64,000 nt of DNA from a virus (lineage: Duplodnaviria; Caudoviricetes), in the IMG/VR virus record IMGVR_UViG_3300025986_000001, positions 32,001 to 96,000 of that record. One strand, given 5' to 3'. Numbering within the stretch: position 1 is the first letter of the stretch; each line of letters begins with the position of its first letter. Below the pieces are notes generated by a model. The model saw nothing but the letters and a program-made list of their open reading frames with translations. It did no database searches and had not been told where the DNA came from. The position numbers and the translations under genes were made by a program. This document shows, in pieces, positions 19,688 through 28,817 of the stretch.

Positions 19688-20137
19688 TCAGCCCAGTGGT
19701 CCGTATTCCTGCCTGAGGGTGAAGATCAGCTGACCGGCGGCGGAATCCAGCACGTGGCGCAGGTCGTCGGCGCCGGCGCCGAACGCCGCGGACCGGTGAG
19801 CGCTGTAGAACAGGCCCAGGTCGACGAAGGCCTGCGCCACCTGCGACCCTGTCGCCTGACGGCGATGCCACGTCGCCTGCCCGGCGAGTTCATCGATCTC
19901 AGGGTCGGTGGGGAACCGGCCCTCGCGGGTCAGGAAGCGGGTGAAGTCCTGCGCGACCGCGCGCAGAAACTGCTCGCCGAACGAGCAGGCCAGCGGCACG
20001 GCCGCCTCGTCGTCGTACTCATGCGCGGCCAGCCGGGCCAGCTCCTCGACCGGCAGCATGCCGATCCGCTGGCCGGCCACCTCGATCAGTTCAGTTGACC
20101 CATCGTGCCGCGGCACATGAAGATCCTGGTCCTGCAT
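19688..20137 (-). CDS. Hypothetical protein
   Basis: AAGGAG RBS. Confidence 0.65.
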   Translation of the reverse strand: MQDQDLHVPRHDGSTELIEVAGQRIGMLPVEELARLAAHEYDDEAAVPLACSFGEQFLRAVAQDFTRFLTREGRFPTDPEIDELAGQATWHRRQATGSQVAQAFVDLGLFYSAHRSAAFGAGADDLRHVLDSAAGQLIFTLRQEYGPLG

Positions 20138-20154
20138 GATGCAATCTCCTTCTC

Positions 20155-20406
20155 TTATGGCACGCGAAGCAGGCCGGCGCGATGCAGGACGTTGAGCAGT
20201 TCGTCGGCGGAGAGCTCCGTCACCAGATCGTGGGGCGAAGACTTCTGGTCGCCCGGCTTGCGCAGGAACGCATCGAGCGCGTCCTCGACCTTGTCGATCG
20301 CGGCTTCCCTGGCCGCGACCGCGACCAGGTGATCTTCGTATGCCTCTTGCGTTCCGGTGTAACCTTCCATCCAGTCCGGCTCGATGGTGGTGTAGTCGTC
20401 AGCCAT
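20155..20406 (-). CDS. Hypothetical protein
   Basis: GAGGGAGG RBS. Confidence 0.6.
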   Translation of the reverse strand: MADDYTTIEPDWMEGYTGTQEAYEDHLVAVAAREAAIDKVEDALDAFLRKPGDQKSSPHDLVTELSADELLNVLHRAGLLRVP

Positions 20407-20442
20407 CAGGTTGCCCTCCCTCGGGTCCATGACGTCGTTGCG

Positions 20443-20814
20443 TCAACAGTCTTCGTCTGTGTGCCAACCGTCCGGGCAGTCATCGAAAAGCTTGACCGCG
20501 CGATTGTCGGATCCGCAGACGCCGCAATTGCCGGGCCATCGGCCGTGCTGGTTGGCGTGGTCCTCGGCGTCGTCGTGGCCGCCGGGCAGGATGCAGTCCC
20601 GGCCCTGCTCGTCGCGGGCGGTGCACTGCGGGTTCCCGGCATACCAGGGGAGCTGCGGTGCACCGTTCCTCATGCCGGGAAGGAGTGACGCGATGCGGTG
20701 CTGGCCGCTTCCGGTTACGCCGTCGATTCGCAGCACGTCGTCGCCGTCGAACAGGAAGGGGCCGGCAGCCATTTCCTTGCTGTACCGATCAACGGTTGAC
20801 TCGTTCTCAGTCAT
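20443..20814 (-). CDS. Cys/His-rich hypothetical protein
   Basis: GAGGAG RBS. Confidence 0.6.
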   Translation of the reverse strand: MTENESTVDRYSKEMAAGPFLFDGDDVLRIDGVTGSGQHRIASLLPGMRNGAPQLPWYAGNPQCTARDEQGRDCILPGGHDDAEDHANQHGRWPGNCGVCGSDNRAVKLFDDCPDGWHTDEDC

Positions 20815-20848
20815 GATCATCTCTCCTCGATCTTGATGTCGGCTTGCC

Positions 20849-21430
20849 TCAGCAGTCCTCGTCAACCGGGATGACCGGCTGCCCGGCGGGCAGCCGGTCG
20901 ATCTCCCCGATCCCGGTGACCAAGCTGATGCTCTCCTGGTCACCGCGGATCATCACCGACAGGCGGCGCACCCGGGCCGCCACGCACCCGGCGCCGTCCC
21001 GGTCGGCGATGTGCCAGGCCCCGGCACTGCGGACCGCCGCGTTACGCACGTCGCAGGTCAGCAGCACCAGCTCGCCGAGCTCCACCTCGTCCGCGCGGAT
21101 CTTGCTGATGACCGGCTGCGCCGACAGCCGCCCGGGCCGCCGCCGGCTGTTCCCGCGGCTCAACCCCCGATCGGCGATCGAGGCGCGGTACAGCGCCGGC
21201 GTGACCACGGCGTCGGGGGTTTCGCGATGCCACGCGCCGTTGCGGATGTTCGCCCACACCAGCAGCCGCCAGTCGTCACTGACCGGCGACGGGTGATGGT
21301 CGAACATCCATTCCGCACCGGCTACGACCGGGCTGTCTGCCCGGTCGTAGCCGGTGACGACCTCCGGCAGCCCGCGGTCGGTCCAGTCGCCGTCGCGGCC
21401 TACCTGCATCAGCACCAGGATGGTGTCCAC
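20849..21430 (-). CDS. Hypothetical protein
   Basis: 193-aa ORF in operon. Confidence 0.6.
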   Translation of the reverse strand: MDTILVLMQVGRDGDWTDRGLPEVVTGYDRADSPVVAGAEWMFDHHPSPVSDDWRLLVWANIRNGAWHRETPDAVVTPALYRASIADRGLSRGNSRRRPGRLSAQPVISKIRADEVELGELVLLTCDVRNAAVRSAGAWHIADRDGAGCVAARVRRLSVMIRGDQESISLVTGIGEIDRLPAGQPVIPVDEDC

Positions 21431-21454
21431 CAGGGATATTTCCTTCCAGCTCGG

Positions 21455-21727
21455 TTACTGCGTCTCCGCGGCGTCGTGGAGCTCGATGAATCCACGGTCG
21501 CTGATCGGGTAGAAGTACAGGGTCTGTGGGTCCTTCCAGACCCATTCGCCGACGCCAGCGTCGGATCGGTGGTAGGCGCAGGTGAAGGTGACCACCGGCC
21601 CGCGGTCGGAGGAATAGACCATCCCGGCGGGAACCCAGGCCGCCACCTCAACAGCATTCTCGGCGGTGACCTGCACCGCTTCGATGGTCACGCCGGTCAG
21701 GCGCTGCCGAAACAGGCCGGGCTTCAT
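21455..21727 (-). CDS. Hypothetical protein
   Basis: IEAVQVTAENAVEVAAW...VGEWV...FYP. Confidence 0.65.
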   Translation of the reverse strand: MKPGLFRQRLTGVTIEAVQVTAENAVEVAAWVPAGMVYSSDRGPVVTFTCAYHRSDAGVGEWVWKDPQTLYFYPISDRGFIELHDAAETQ

Positions 21728-22041
21728 CGCGTACTGGCCTGCATCGAGCGGTCGACGAGGGCCAGGGCGTCGCCGGGCTCCAGCCCGCACATCCGGTTGA
21801 TCTGCTCGACCCGCAGTTCGGCCACCGCTAGCAGCGAGCCGAAGTGCTGCGACACCTGCTCGCGCTGCGAGTCGGGGATCGGGTCGTAGCCACCGCGCTC
21901 CACCGCGATCACCGGCAGGAAGCGCACGACACCGTCCGCTCCCGTGCAGGTCATCTCGTCCTGCACGTACAGCGCCACGGCGCAGCCGGTGTGCTGTGCG
22001 ACCGCCGCCATCACGCCGACGATCAGGTCCTGAATGCTCAT
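21724..22041 (-). CDS. Hypothetical protein
   Basis: Directly downstream of a repeat copy and RBS. Confidence 0.65.
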   Translation of the reverse strand: MSIQDLIVGVMAAVAQHTGCAVALYVQDEMTCTGADGVVRFLPVIAVERGGYDPIPDSQREQVSQHFGSLLAVAELRVEQINRMCGLEPGDALALVDRSMQASTR

Positions 22042-22054
22042 GATCTCTCCCGTT

Positions 22055-22120
22055 TCTCCGTCGCCCGTGTGACGGTGGCGACCAGCCGGGTGGACCCCCG
22101 GCCGGTACCATCACTCACGC
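22055..22120 (-). ncRNA. Intergenic structured element, copy 1 (diverged)
   Basis: cgtg..ggtggc..hairpin..accatcac..cacg. Confidence 0.7.
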
Positions 22121-22411
22121 GTTCAACGCGGTAACCGCCGCGGCCGCTTCGGCCTTGCAGCCGTGGTCGCTGACCGGATCCCAGAAACCCAGCCGGCAGT
22201 CACCCACCGTCCACAACCCCGGCTCGGATTGCAGGTACGTGTAGCGGAACTCGATGCCATTCAGCTCCCACGCCCGTCGCTTGGCGTCACGCTCGATGTC
22301 GTGGTCACTCTCCGGGACCCACCGGCCGTCGCCGGGGTGGTCGAAGCCGACCGTCCACAGGCGGTCCTCGCCAGCACAGCGGCGCACGTAGAAGCCGTGG
22401 AACTCGGGCAT
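22115..22411 (-). CDS. Protein with internal duplication (LWTVG...W.P.SDH twice)
   Basis: Two copies of the motif. Confidence 0.7.
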   Translation of the reverse strand: MPEFHGFYVRRCAGEDRLWTVGFDHPGDGRWVPESDHDIERDAKRRAWELNGIEFRYTYLQSEPGLWTVGDCRLGFWDPVSDHGCKAEAAAAVTALNA

Positions 22412-22413
22412 GA

Positions 22414-22788
22414 TCAGCTGGCCCCCGTCTGGTCCTGGAAGAAGTCGTGCGCCTGGAATGCCAGGTAGGTGCCGTCGTCGCGGTAACTGCCCAGCGGCCC
22501 CTCGTAGTCGTAGGGGTGGTTGCCGGCCCGCATGGACAACCCGAATCCGTGCGACTCGCTGCGCCAGCCCAGTTCGGGGTCGTCGTAGCTGAGCGCCAGG
22601 CACTGCCCGACGCTTTCCGGGTGGTAGTGCCGCAGCACCGGGAAGAATCGCCGGATGAACGGCTCGATCAGCTCCTGGGACTGCTCGAAGAGCACAGCGT
22701 GGTCACCGTTGTCGCCCTTGTGCCGGTGGCTGCTGCTCCTGAACTGCTCCACCACCCGGCCGATGTAGTGGTTGCTCGGCTCATCCAT
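22414..22788 (-). CDS. Hypothetical protein
   Basis: Downstream of promoter and repeat. Confidence 0.65.
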   Translation of the reverse strand: MDEPSNHYIGRVVEQFRSSSHRHKGDNGDHAVLFEQSQELIEPFIRRFFPVLRHYHPESVGQCLALSYDDPELGWRSESHGFGLSMRAGNHPYDYEGPLGSYRDDGTYLAFQAHDFFQDQTGAS

Positions 22789-22804
22789 GGGGATGTTCTC
22801 GCTC

Positions 22805-22874
22805 TCTCCGGTGCTCGACTCGTGCGCCGGCGGCAGCAACCGGGAACCCCCGGGCATTCCCGTCGCGCGCACGG
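22805..22874 (-). ncRNA. Intergenic structured element, copy 2
   Basis: cgtgcgccggcggc..cccgtcgcgcgcacgg. Confidence 0.7.
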
Positions 22875-22881
22875 TTTCGGC

Positions 22882-22910
22882 AGCGTAACAGCGAGTATGC
22901 GACGCGTCAA
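22882..22910 (-). promoter_or_regulatory. Primary-sigma promoter TTGACG-17bp-TACGCT
   Basis: -35 at 22910-22905, -10 at 22887-22882. Confidence 0.75.
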
Positions 22911-22918
22911 TCTAGGAT

Positions 22919-22963
22919 AGACACGTAGGGGGCCAGGATTAGGTCCTGGCCCCCTACGTGTCT
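22919..22963. terminator. 20-bp inverted repeat terminator
   Basis: agacacgtagggggccagga / tcctggccccctacgtgtct. Confidence 0.8.
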
Positions 22964-22977
22964 GTGCCAACAGTAAA

Positions 22978-23142
22978 TCAGTAGTCGGGATCTCCGGGCC
23001 GCGCCTGATGCCAGCCGCGGTCGATCGGATCGCCCCGTCGCCGGGCGCGCCAGTCCCCGAACAGCGTCCCCGCCACGGCGCCGGACCACATCAGCAGGCC
23101 CATCGCGCTGCCCCACAACAGGTTCGCGATCACCTGTGTCAC
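22978..23142 (-). CDS. 54-aa membrane peptide, not in ORF track
   Basis: VTQVIANLLWGSAMGLLMWSGAVAGTLFGDWRARRR. Confidence 0.5.
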   Translation of the reverse strand: MTQVIANLLWGSAMGLLMWSGAVAGTLFGDWRARRRGDPIDRGWHQARPGDPDY

Positions 23143-23143
23143 G

Positions 23144-23545
23144 CTAGCCGATCGCGTCCCGGACCGCCCGGGGCAGCGGGTCCAGCCAGATGTGCCGGTT
23201 GTGGTTCAGCCGGCGGTGCCCCTGGTGCGAGATCGGTTCCTGGTGATGCTCGTGCGAGACCACTTTGAACCCGGAACACAGCGCCGGCACGATCCCCGAT
23301 CCGTCCCACGAGCCGTTGTCGGCGACCCAGCGGATCCGATGCACCTTGTCCATGATCGTGTCTAGCAGGCTGGAGCCGCGCAACACCCGCACCGTCCAGA
23401 TGTCGGCGATCTGCTCGTCGTAGAAGCCGCCCAGGTAGACGGCGATCGACGCGCCTCCGGCCTCCGGCCGGACCCACGCGGCCGCGGACCCGTAGTCGAG
23501 AACCCGGATCCAGTCACTGCTGCCCGGACTCCACCGCCCGCTCAT
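23144..23545 (-). CDS. Hypothetical protein
   Basis: ATGA overlap. Confidence 0.6.
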   Translation of the reverse strand: MSGRWSPGSSDWIRVLDYGSAAAWVRPEAGGASIAVYLGGFYDEQIADIWTVRVLRGSSLLDTIMDKVHRIRWVADNGSWDGSGIVPALCSGFKVVSHEHHQEPISHQGHRRLNHNRHIWLDPLPRAVRDAIG

Positions 23546-23757
23546 CGGGCGTTCAGTTTCGCCAGGACCTGCTGGGCGCTCAGCGCCCGCACGTAGTACT
23601 CACGCACCGGTGCGACGCAGTTGTTGACGTAGCGCACCCAGACGATGCCGGTGTCGGAGAAGGAATGCTCGGCCGGCGGCTCGACCACCACGGCGAAGAC
23701 GAACGCCGAGCCCATCTGGACCTCAACGAACGTGCCGGCATCGGGAAGCCCACTCAT
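23542..23757 (-). CDS. Hypothetical protein
   Basis: MSGLPDAG start. Confidence 0.55.
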   Translation of the reverse strand: MSGLPDAGTFVEVQMGSAFVFAVVVEPPAEHSFSDTGIVWVRYVNNCVAPVREYYVRALSAQQVLAKLNAR

Positions 23758-23789
23758 CGGTTGCTCACCTGTGACCCTTTCTAGCACTT

Positions 23790-24086
23790 TTACCCGATAC
23801 CGCACGGACCGATAAACCCATCCTGCAATCGGGCCGCAGCCGCATCGTCGCGCGCCGCGGACAACTCGTCACCGTCGGCCTCGTCGAGCAGCATGTGGAC
23901 CATCTGGTCGCAGGGCGGCCGCTCGACGCCACGGACCAGGTACCACGACCACACCAGGGCCGGGTCCTGGAAGAAGTCGCCGGCCTGCACGTCGGCGGCG
24001 ATCACCGGATTGTCGAAGCCGATGACGTTCAACCCCTGCTCGGGGTGGAACCGCGCGCAGTCGTCGTCAGCATGATGGGTGCTCAT
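23790..24086 (-). CDS. Hypothetical protein
   Basis: Coupled start. Confidence 0.55.
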   Translation of the reverse strand: MSTHHADDDCARFHPEQGLNVIGFDNPVIAADVQAGDFFQDPALVWSWYLVRGVERPPCDQMVHMLLDEADGDELSAARDDAAAARLQDGFIGPCGIG

Positions 24087-24634
24087 CGGCTGCCCACCCG
24101 CCCGTCCCACTCGATGTCGGCGGCCGTGAACTGCTCGGCCCACTTGCGCACCCCGGCCGTGGTGGGTTCCGGGTCGTAATTCTTCTCGAAATCGTCGGCC
24201 CACCACTCGTTACGGTCCAGGTCGTAAGGGTCGGCGAGGATCAGGTACTCGATCTGCTGCTCGACGACCTGCGCCACGGTGTCACCGGTGACCTCCACGC
24301 CCTCGGCGATGCCGTACCAGGAGTACGTGACCACCGCCCAGGTGCCGTCCGGCAGCACCTGCATGAACCGCCGGCCGTACGCCTCGGTCACCTGCACGTC
24401 GCCGCCGCAGGTGCCGTGCGGTTGCGCACCGACCGGCGCCACCTCCCGCCACCGGCCGTCGGCCAGCGTGACCGCTGGGTGCGCGCTCAACTGCGTCGAC
24501 TCCGCCGGTCGCTCATCGGCGAACCAGCGGCCCCGGCCGCCGTCGGCCAGCGTGACCGCGTGGATAATGCTGCCCGCCTCGACTGTGCCGTAGAAGACCT
24601 CGGCCTTCGGGTCGGTGATTACCCAGGTATCCAT
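24083..24634 (-). CDS. Hypothetical protein
   Basis: Repeat and RBS upstream. Confidence 0.7.
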   Translation of the reverse strand: MDTWVITDPKAEVFYGTVEAGSIIHAVTLADGGRGRWFADERPAESTQLSAHPAVTLADGRWREVAPVGAQPHGTCGGDVQVTEAYGRRFMQVLPDGTWAVVTYSWYGIAEGVEVTGDTVAQVVEQQIEYLILADPYDLDRNEWWADDFEKNYDPEPTTAGVRKWAEQFTAADIEWDGRVGSR

Positions 24635-24646
24635 GTCCCATCCTTC

Positions 24647-24715
24647 TCTCCGTACGCTCCGTGCGCCGGTGGCTGCCCGCCCGGCCGAGCCGGGCGGGCA
24701 CCATCACGCTCACGG
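24647..24715 (-). ncRNA. Intergenic structured element, copy 3
   Basis: Consensus match. Confidence 0.9.
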
Positions 24716-24717
24716 CG

Positions 24718-25056
24718 TCAGAAGATGTGCACCTTCTCGACTTTGCGCAGGTCCAGACGTAGGTAGCCGCCGTCAGCCGCGGATGTCTCCCAATCCACGG
24801 TTTCGCCGTGGATCGCGCCCAGCCCGACACCACGCACCCTGATCAGATCGCCCTCACCGGTACCGGGCTCGTCGGCGCGGTCCAGCAGCTCCACCACCCA
24901 GCCGCCCTGGGCGGCCTCATGCAGGATCTCCAGCGCCGCCTCGTCGGCCTCCGGCTGAATCAGCACCGTGTTGATGTCGACCTCACTGATGCCGGCGTTC
25001 TCCAGCAGCCGGTTCATCAGGTGCCCGGCGTCCGTCCCGAAACTCATGTACTGCAT
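24718..25056 (-). CDS. Acidic hypothetical protein
   Basis: Flanked by two repeats. Confidence 0.75.
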   Translation of the reverse strand: MQYMSFGTDAGHLMNRLLENAGISEVDINTVLIQPEADEAALEILHEAAQGGWVVELLDRADEPGTGEGDLIRVRGVGLGAIHGETVDWETSAADGGYLRLDLRKVEKVHIF

Positions 25057-25072
25057 GATCTTTTCTCCCTCA

Positions 25073-25146
25073 TCTCCGTGCGCCGCACTCGTGCGCCGGC
25101 GGCCACGACCGAAGAGTGCCTCTTCGGTCGCACCGTCACGCTCACG
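25073..25146 (-). ncRNA. Intergenic structured element, copy 4
   Basis: Compensatory tcgtg/cacga and ggcgg/ccgtc. Confidence 0.9.
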
Positions 25147-25399
25147 AACGATGCTGCGCCAGTATCTGTCTGCCCAGCCTGGTCGGCTCGCACAGCCGGC
25201 TGGGCGGCACCCGCGACCAGCCGCTGACGTCGACCAGCCGGACGAGCTGCTTGGTGCGCAACAACTGCACCGCCATACTGACGTCCGGGCTGCCGGGCTG
25301 CAGCTTCTTGAACTTCCCCCGGGTGTGCAGGATCTTTCCCGCGGCCACCTCGCGCAGCAACTGCAGCTCCTCGGGTGTCAGTTCCCATTCGTCCGGCAT
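25142..25399 (-). CDS. Hypothetical protein
   Basis: MPDEWEL; stop inside the repeat. Confidence 0.6.
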   Translation of the reverse strand: MPDEWELTPEELQLLREVAAGKILHTRGKFKKLQPGSPDVSMAVQLLRTKQLVRLVDVSGWSRVPPSRLCEPTRLGRQILAQHRS

Positions 25400-25409
25400 G
25401 TCCCCCCCC

Positions 25410-25652
25410 TCAGTGGTTGCAGACGTGCTGGCGATAGCGGGGCGCACCCGACGGGATGCCGGACGCGGCGTCGCCGTCATCGGCAACGCCGTACAGCGCC
25501 AGCACGAACTCACCGACGGGAATGTCCAGCGGATCCCCGCGCAGCACCAGCTCGCCATCGTCGCACGGCAGCGGGTCGATCCGGATCGGATTCCCGTCGA
25601 GCTCGTACACCAGAACGGACGGTTGTCCGCAGGTTACGCAGGTATCACTCAT
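25410..25652 (-). CDS. Small Cys protein
   Basis: CVTCG...HVC. Confidence 0.6.
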   Translation of the reverse strand: MSDTCVTCGQPSVLVYELDGNPIRIDPLPCDDGELVLRGDPLDIPVGEFVLALYGVADDGDAASGIPSGAPRYRQHVCNH

Positions 25653-25939
25653 CGGTCACCCCCGGCACTTTCCAGCGCCTGCGATTCACTGATCTCGGTG
25701 ATGTGTCGCGGAGACGCCCAGCCGCCGCCGGTCAGGAACAGCCACCTGCCCCAGCCGGCGTAGCGCGTGCCGATCTCGTACTTCGAGCGCAAGAGGTCCG
25801 TGCCCGTGATCCGGGCGACGTACGGCGGTTTCGGCTTGCGATAGGCGTTCGCCGACCAGGTCTTCGACTCGTCCACGATCACGTAGGTGCCCACGGCCAG
25901 CATCGGGCTGCCGTCACTCATCGTCTCCATGCTCACCAC
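25649..25939 (-). CDS. Hypothetical protein
   Basis: Coupled. Confidence 0.6.
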   Translation of the reverse strand: MVSMETMSDGSPMLAVGTYVIVDESKTWSANAYRKPKPPYVARITGTDLLRSKYEIGTRYAGWGRWLFLTGGGWASPRHITEISESQALESAGGDR

Positions 25940-26253
25940 GCCCGCCCGCGACCCATGATTCCCAGGACGATCATTCGCGCGTCGACCGTGGAGACGCCCA
26001 GGTGTTCGTTGACCTGATCGACGCGCACCTGCGCCTTGGTGTAAGCCGGGCCGAAGAACGCGGCCACCTCCCGGCGCGCCGACTCCGGGAACCGGTAGAA
26101 ACCGTTGTCGCCTTCGACGTTCATCACCGGCAGGTAGTTCTCGCCGTACAGCATCGTCGGATCGACATGCAGCACGACCCGGTTGTCGCCGTTGAACTGC
26201 GACAGCAGCCCGACGGCGGTCAGCAGCTCAACGGGGATCTGCTCGTTCATCAC
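25933..26253 (-). CDS. Hypothetical protein
   Basis: After repeat. Confidence 0.7.
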   Translation of the reverse strand: MMNEQIPVELLTAVGLLSQFNGDNRVVLHVDPTMLYGENYLPVMNVEGDNGFYRFPESARREVAAFFGPAYTKAQVRVDQVNEHLGVSTVDARMIVLGIMGRGRAW

Positions 26254-26262
26254 TCATCCTCA

Positions 26263-26332
26263 TCTCCGCACGCACCGTGCGCCGGCGGCCACCGGCCGGA
26301 GCTCGCCCCGGCCGGCACCGTCACGCTCACGG
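26263..26332 (-). ncRNA. Intergenic structured element, copy 5
   Basis: Consensus match. Confidence 0.9.
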
Positions 26333-26333
26333 T

Positions 26334-26669
26334 TCAGTCGCCCCAGTTGATCGACCCGAGGGCCGTGATCTTCGCGATGTCGGCGTGGACGGTCACCGTC
26401 AGCTCCGATCCCGCGATTGCGCGATGTTTCTCTGGATCCTGCTGGACGGCCAGCAGCGCGCACCGGACACACTCCATCGCGTAGAAGCGCCCCATCCGGC
26501 GCTGGGAATTGTCCCCCAGATTCGGCGTGTCGTCGCTGCACTTGCCGGGCCATCCGCCGGTGTGCTCGGCGAACATCGACTCCAGCAGCCCGCGCTCCAG
26601 CGCCTGCGCCACCGTCATCGTCCACGCGATCCTCGCCCCGACGCCAGGGTGATCGACGTGCGCGCTCAT
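26334..26669 (-). CDS. Hypothetical protein
   Basis: Stop abuts repeat. Confidence 0.65.
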   Translation of the reverse strand: MSAHVDHPGVGARIAWTMTVAQALERGLLESMFAEHTGGWPGKCSDDTPNLGDNSQRRMGRFYAMECVRCALLAVQQDPEKHRAIAGSELTVTVHADIAKITALGSINWGD

Positions 26670-27010
26670 CGCCGCACCACCGCGTACGCAACGCCAGGGT
26701 CATGCACCTGGTCGTCCCAGGCGTGATCACCCACGCCGGGCGTCGCTCCGACGATCACGCCGGTGCCGTCGGAGTTCAGCGGCCAGTCCTCGTGCGGGTT
26801 GCCGAACTCGCACTCGGTGGCCGCGTACTCCAGGTAGTCGACCGTCTCGGTGGCTTCCCCGATCGTCCACTCCGGGTGCCGCTCCTCCTGCTGCCAGCGG
26901 GCCAGCTTCAGCCATGCCCACGCCTGCCGGGCGTCGCCGAAGCTCGGTTCGTCGCCGCGCACAGCCGGCTGCGGCCGGTCGTTGGGGTAGACCAAGGCGA
27001 AGAACGTCAC
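26666..27010 (-). CDS. Acidic hypothetical protein
   Basis: GTGA overlap. Confidence 0.6.
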   Translation of the reverse strand: MTFFALVYPNDRPQPAVRGDEPSFGDARQAWAWLKLARWQQEERHPEWTIGEATETVDYLEYAATECEFGNPHEDWPLNSDGTGVIVGATPGVGDHAWDDQVHDPGVAYAVVRR

Positions 27011-27480
27011 TTGCTGATCCCCCTCAACGCGATCCACTCGGCCGCCGTCGCGTTCAACGCGTACGCATGCTTCCAGACCTCGGCCTCGCCGGGCGTGCCT
27101 ACGGAGTCCGGCCGTGCGGCCAGCATCCTGCGCGCCCAGTCCAGGTCTTTGTCGTCGGGTTCGGTGAGCACCAGGCTGTAGCAGATCTGCGCCCAGTCGA
27201 TGCTGTCCTCGTCGAGGGTGAAGTTCTGGAAGAGGCCGTAGACCGCGGCGGCGGCGCTGCCGGGACGGTTGTGCCAGTCGTCGGCCAGGATGTGCAGCAG
27301 CCGCAGCGCCAGCCGTTCCGGGCCGTTATGGACCGCGTAGTGCCGCGCCATCTTGATGTACTCGGCGTCGTTGTTGATCCACAGCCCGATCTGCATCGTC
27401 GCCGCGTTGTTGTAGCCGTCGAAATCGCCGGTCAGCTCCAGCGGCACACCGTCACAGCCGCCGCGAAGATTGATCTCCAT
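27007..27480 (-). CDS. Hypothetical protein (GYNNAATMQIGLWINND motif)
   Basis: After repeat. Confidence 0.7.
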   Translation of the reverse strand: MEINLRGGCDGVPLELTGDFDGYNNAATMQIGLWINNDAEYIKMARHYAVHNGPERLALRLLHILADDWHNRPGSAAAAVYGLFQNFTLDEDSIDWAQICYSLVLTEPDDKDLDWARRMLAARPDSVGTPGEAEVWKHAYALNATAAEWIALRGISK

Positions 27481-27490
27481 GGTTTTGCCT

Positions 27491-27560
27491 TTCCCCGCAC
27501 GCACCGTGCGCCGGCGGCCACCGGCCGGGGCTCGCCCCGGCCGGCACCGTCACGCTCACG
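27491..27560 (-). ncRNA. Intergenic structured element, copy 6
   Basis: Consensus match. Confidence 0.9.
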
Positions 27561-27822
27561 CCGCCACTTGCACCATCACAAGATCTTTCTCGTGATACAG
27601 CAGGAAGGTAGGCCCTTCGACGGGGGACATCACCTCCACTCGGACTCCCCCGGCGTAACTGGCCGGCTTCGCGGGCTCCTCGACCAGGAATGGGTAGCGC
27701 CACAGGCGAATCTCGTCATTCTCGATCCTTCCCCACACCAGCATTCCGTCGATCAGATTCCTTGCCACCACCGCGATCAGCGGCGGTAGCCGATCGCCGG
27801 CCTTCTCGACCTGATCCATCAC
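27556..27822 (-). CDS. Hypothetical protein
   Basis: Stop inside repeat. Confidence 0.6.
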   Translation of the reverse strand: MMDQVEKAGDRLPPLIAVVARNLIDGMLVWGRIENDEIRLWRYPFLVEEPAKPASYAGGVRVEVMSPVEGPTFLLYHEKDLVMVQVAA

Positions 27823-28148
27823 GCCGCCCCATCGATGCGGTAGTAGGCGAACTCCTCGTGCCCGTCCGGGAACGTGACGGTCACCTTCGGGTGCGCGAAG
27901 TAGTTCTCGTCGTACTCGCGGGCACCCTCCACCCGGAAGGTGCAGTCGGCCAGCCTGCCGTTCGGGCCGATCGCCTGAACCTGATCGATCTCGATCTCGA
28001 CCCCGCCGTAGCTGCGCTGCTCCAGCAGCGTGGCCAGGCGGACTACCGTGTCGGTGTCCGGGATGACACGGCCGTCGTAGCGGACCACCATGACCAGTTC
28101 GGTCGGCCCGTCGACCGCCGGGTCGTACTCCCGCGCCGTCGCCTTCAC
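27819..28148 (-). CDS. Hypothetical protein
   Basis: GAGGAG RBS, GTG start. Confidence 0.65.
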   Translation of the reverse strand: MKATAREYDPAVDGPTELVMVVRYDGRVIPDTDTVVRLATLLEQRSYGGVEIEIDQVQAIGPNGRLADCTFRVEGAREYDENYFAHPKVTVTFPDGHEEFAYYRIDGAA

Positions 28149-28160
28149 GATCTCCTCATC

Positions 28161-28227
28161 TCTCCGTACGCCTCGTGCGCCGGTGGCCGGCCGCCGGGCG
28201 AACCCGGCGGCCACCATCACGCTCACG
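28161..28227 (-). ncRNA. Intergenic structured element, copy 7 (UUCG loop)
   Basis: Consensus match. Confidence 0.9.
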
Positions 28228-28506
28228 ACTCGATTCGGGTCTCAGAGCTGCCAGTGGTGACGCTGCTGCGCCACCTGACGGTTGTAGGTCAAGCTTCCCG
28301 GCCGCAGGTAGTCAGCCTGCCGCCGCCTGCGGCCGATGTCTGCACTTCTGCGGGAATCGGCCACCCATATCAGCGGATACACGACCAGAATGTCGCGTAG
28401 CCGCAGCCTCCTGCGCATCCGCACCCTCCCGTTCCGCCCGGATCCGGAGCCCGAGCATGGATGCCGGTCGACCGGCGGCGGCGCATCGAGGACTTACAGG
28501 CGATCA

Positions 28507-28800
28507 TCATCGGTTCAGATACAGCTGCCCGTCCGCGGTGAACTCCCGCTCGTTGGCCAGCGCATCAGCTTCGGCCCGCTCTGGGCTGGTCAGATACGCC
28601 AGCCGGGCACGCCCGCACCCGCGCGCCACGTCGATGGCTGCCAGCACGGCGCTCCGGATGGCGGCGACCGCGGGCAGCAGTACCGGTGCGTCCTCGGTGG
28701 TCTCCGCCTCGACGGAGGTCTGCTTGTGCCACCGGCTGGCGTGCAGCTCCACTTCCGGCGGTAGCTCGTCGCCCAGCCGGTAGGTCCTGCTTTCCATCAT
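28507..28800 (-). CDS. Hypothetical protein
   Basis: MMESRTY start. Confidence 0.6.
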   Translation of the reverse strand: MMESRTYRLGDELPPEVELHASRWHKQTSVEAETTEDAPVLLPAVAAIRSAVLAAIDVARGCGRARLAYLTSPERAEADALANEREFTADGQLYLNR

Positions 28801-28817
28801 GCCCAGCCCCCTTTGTC

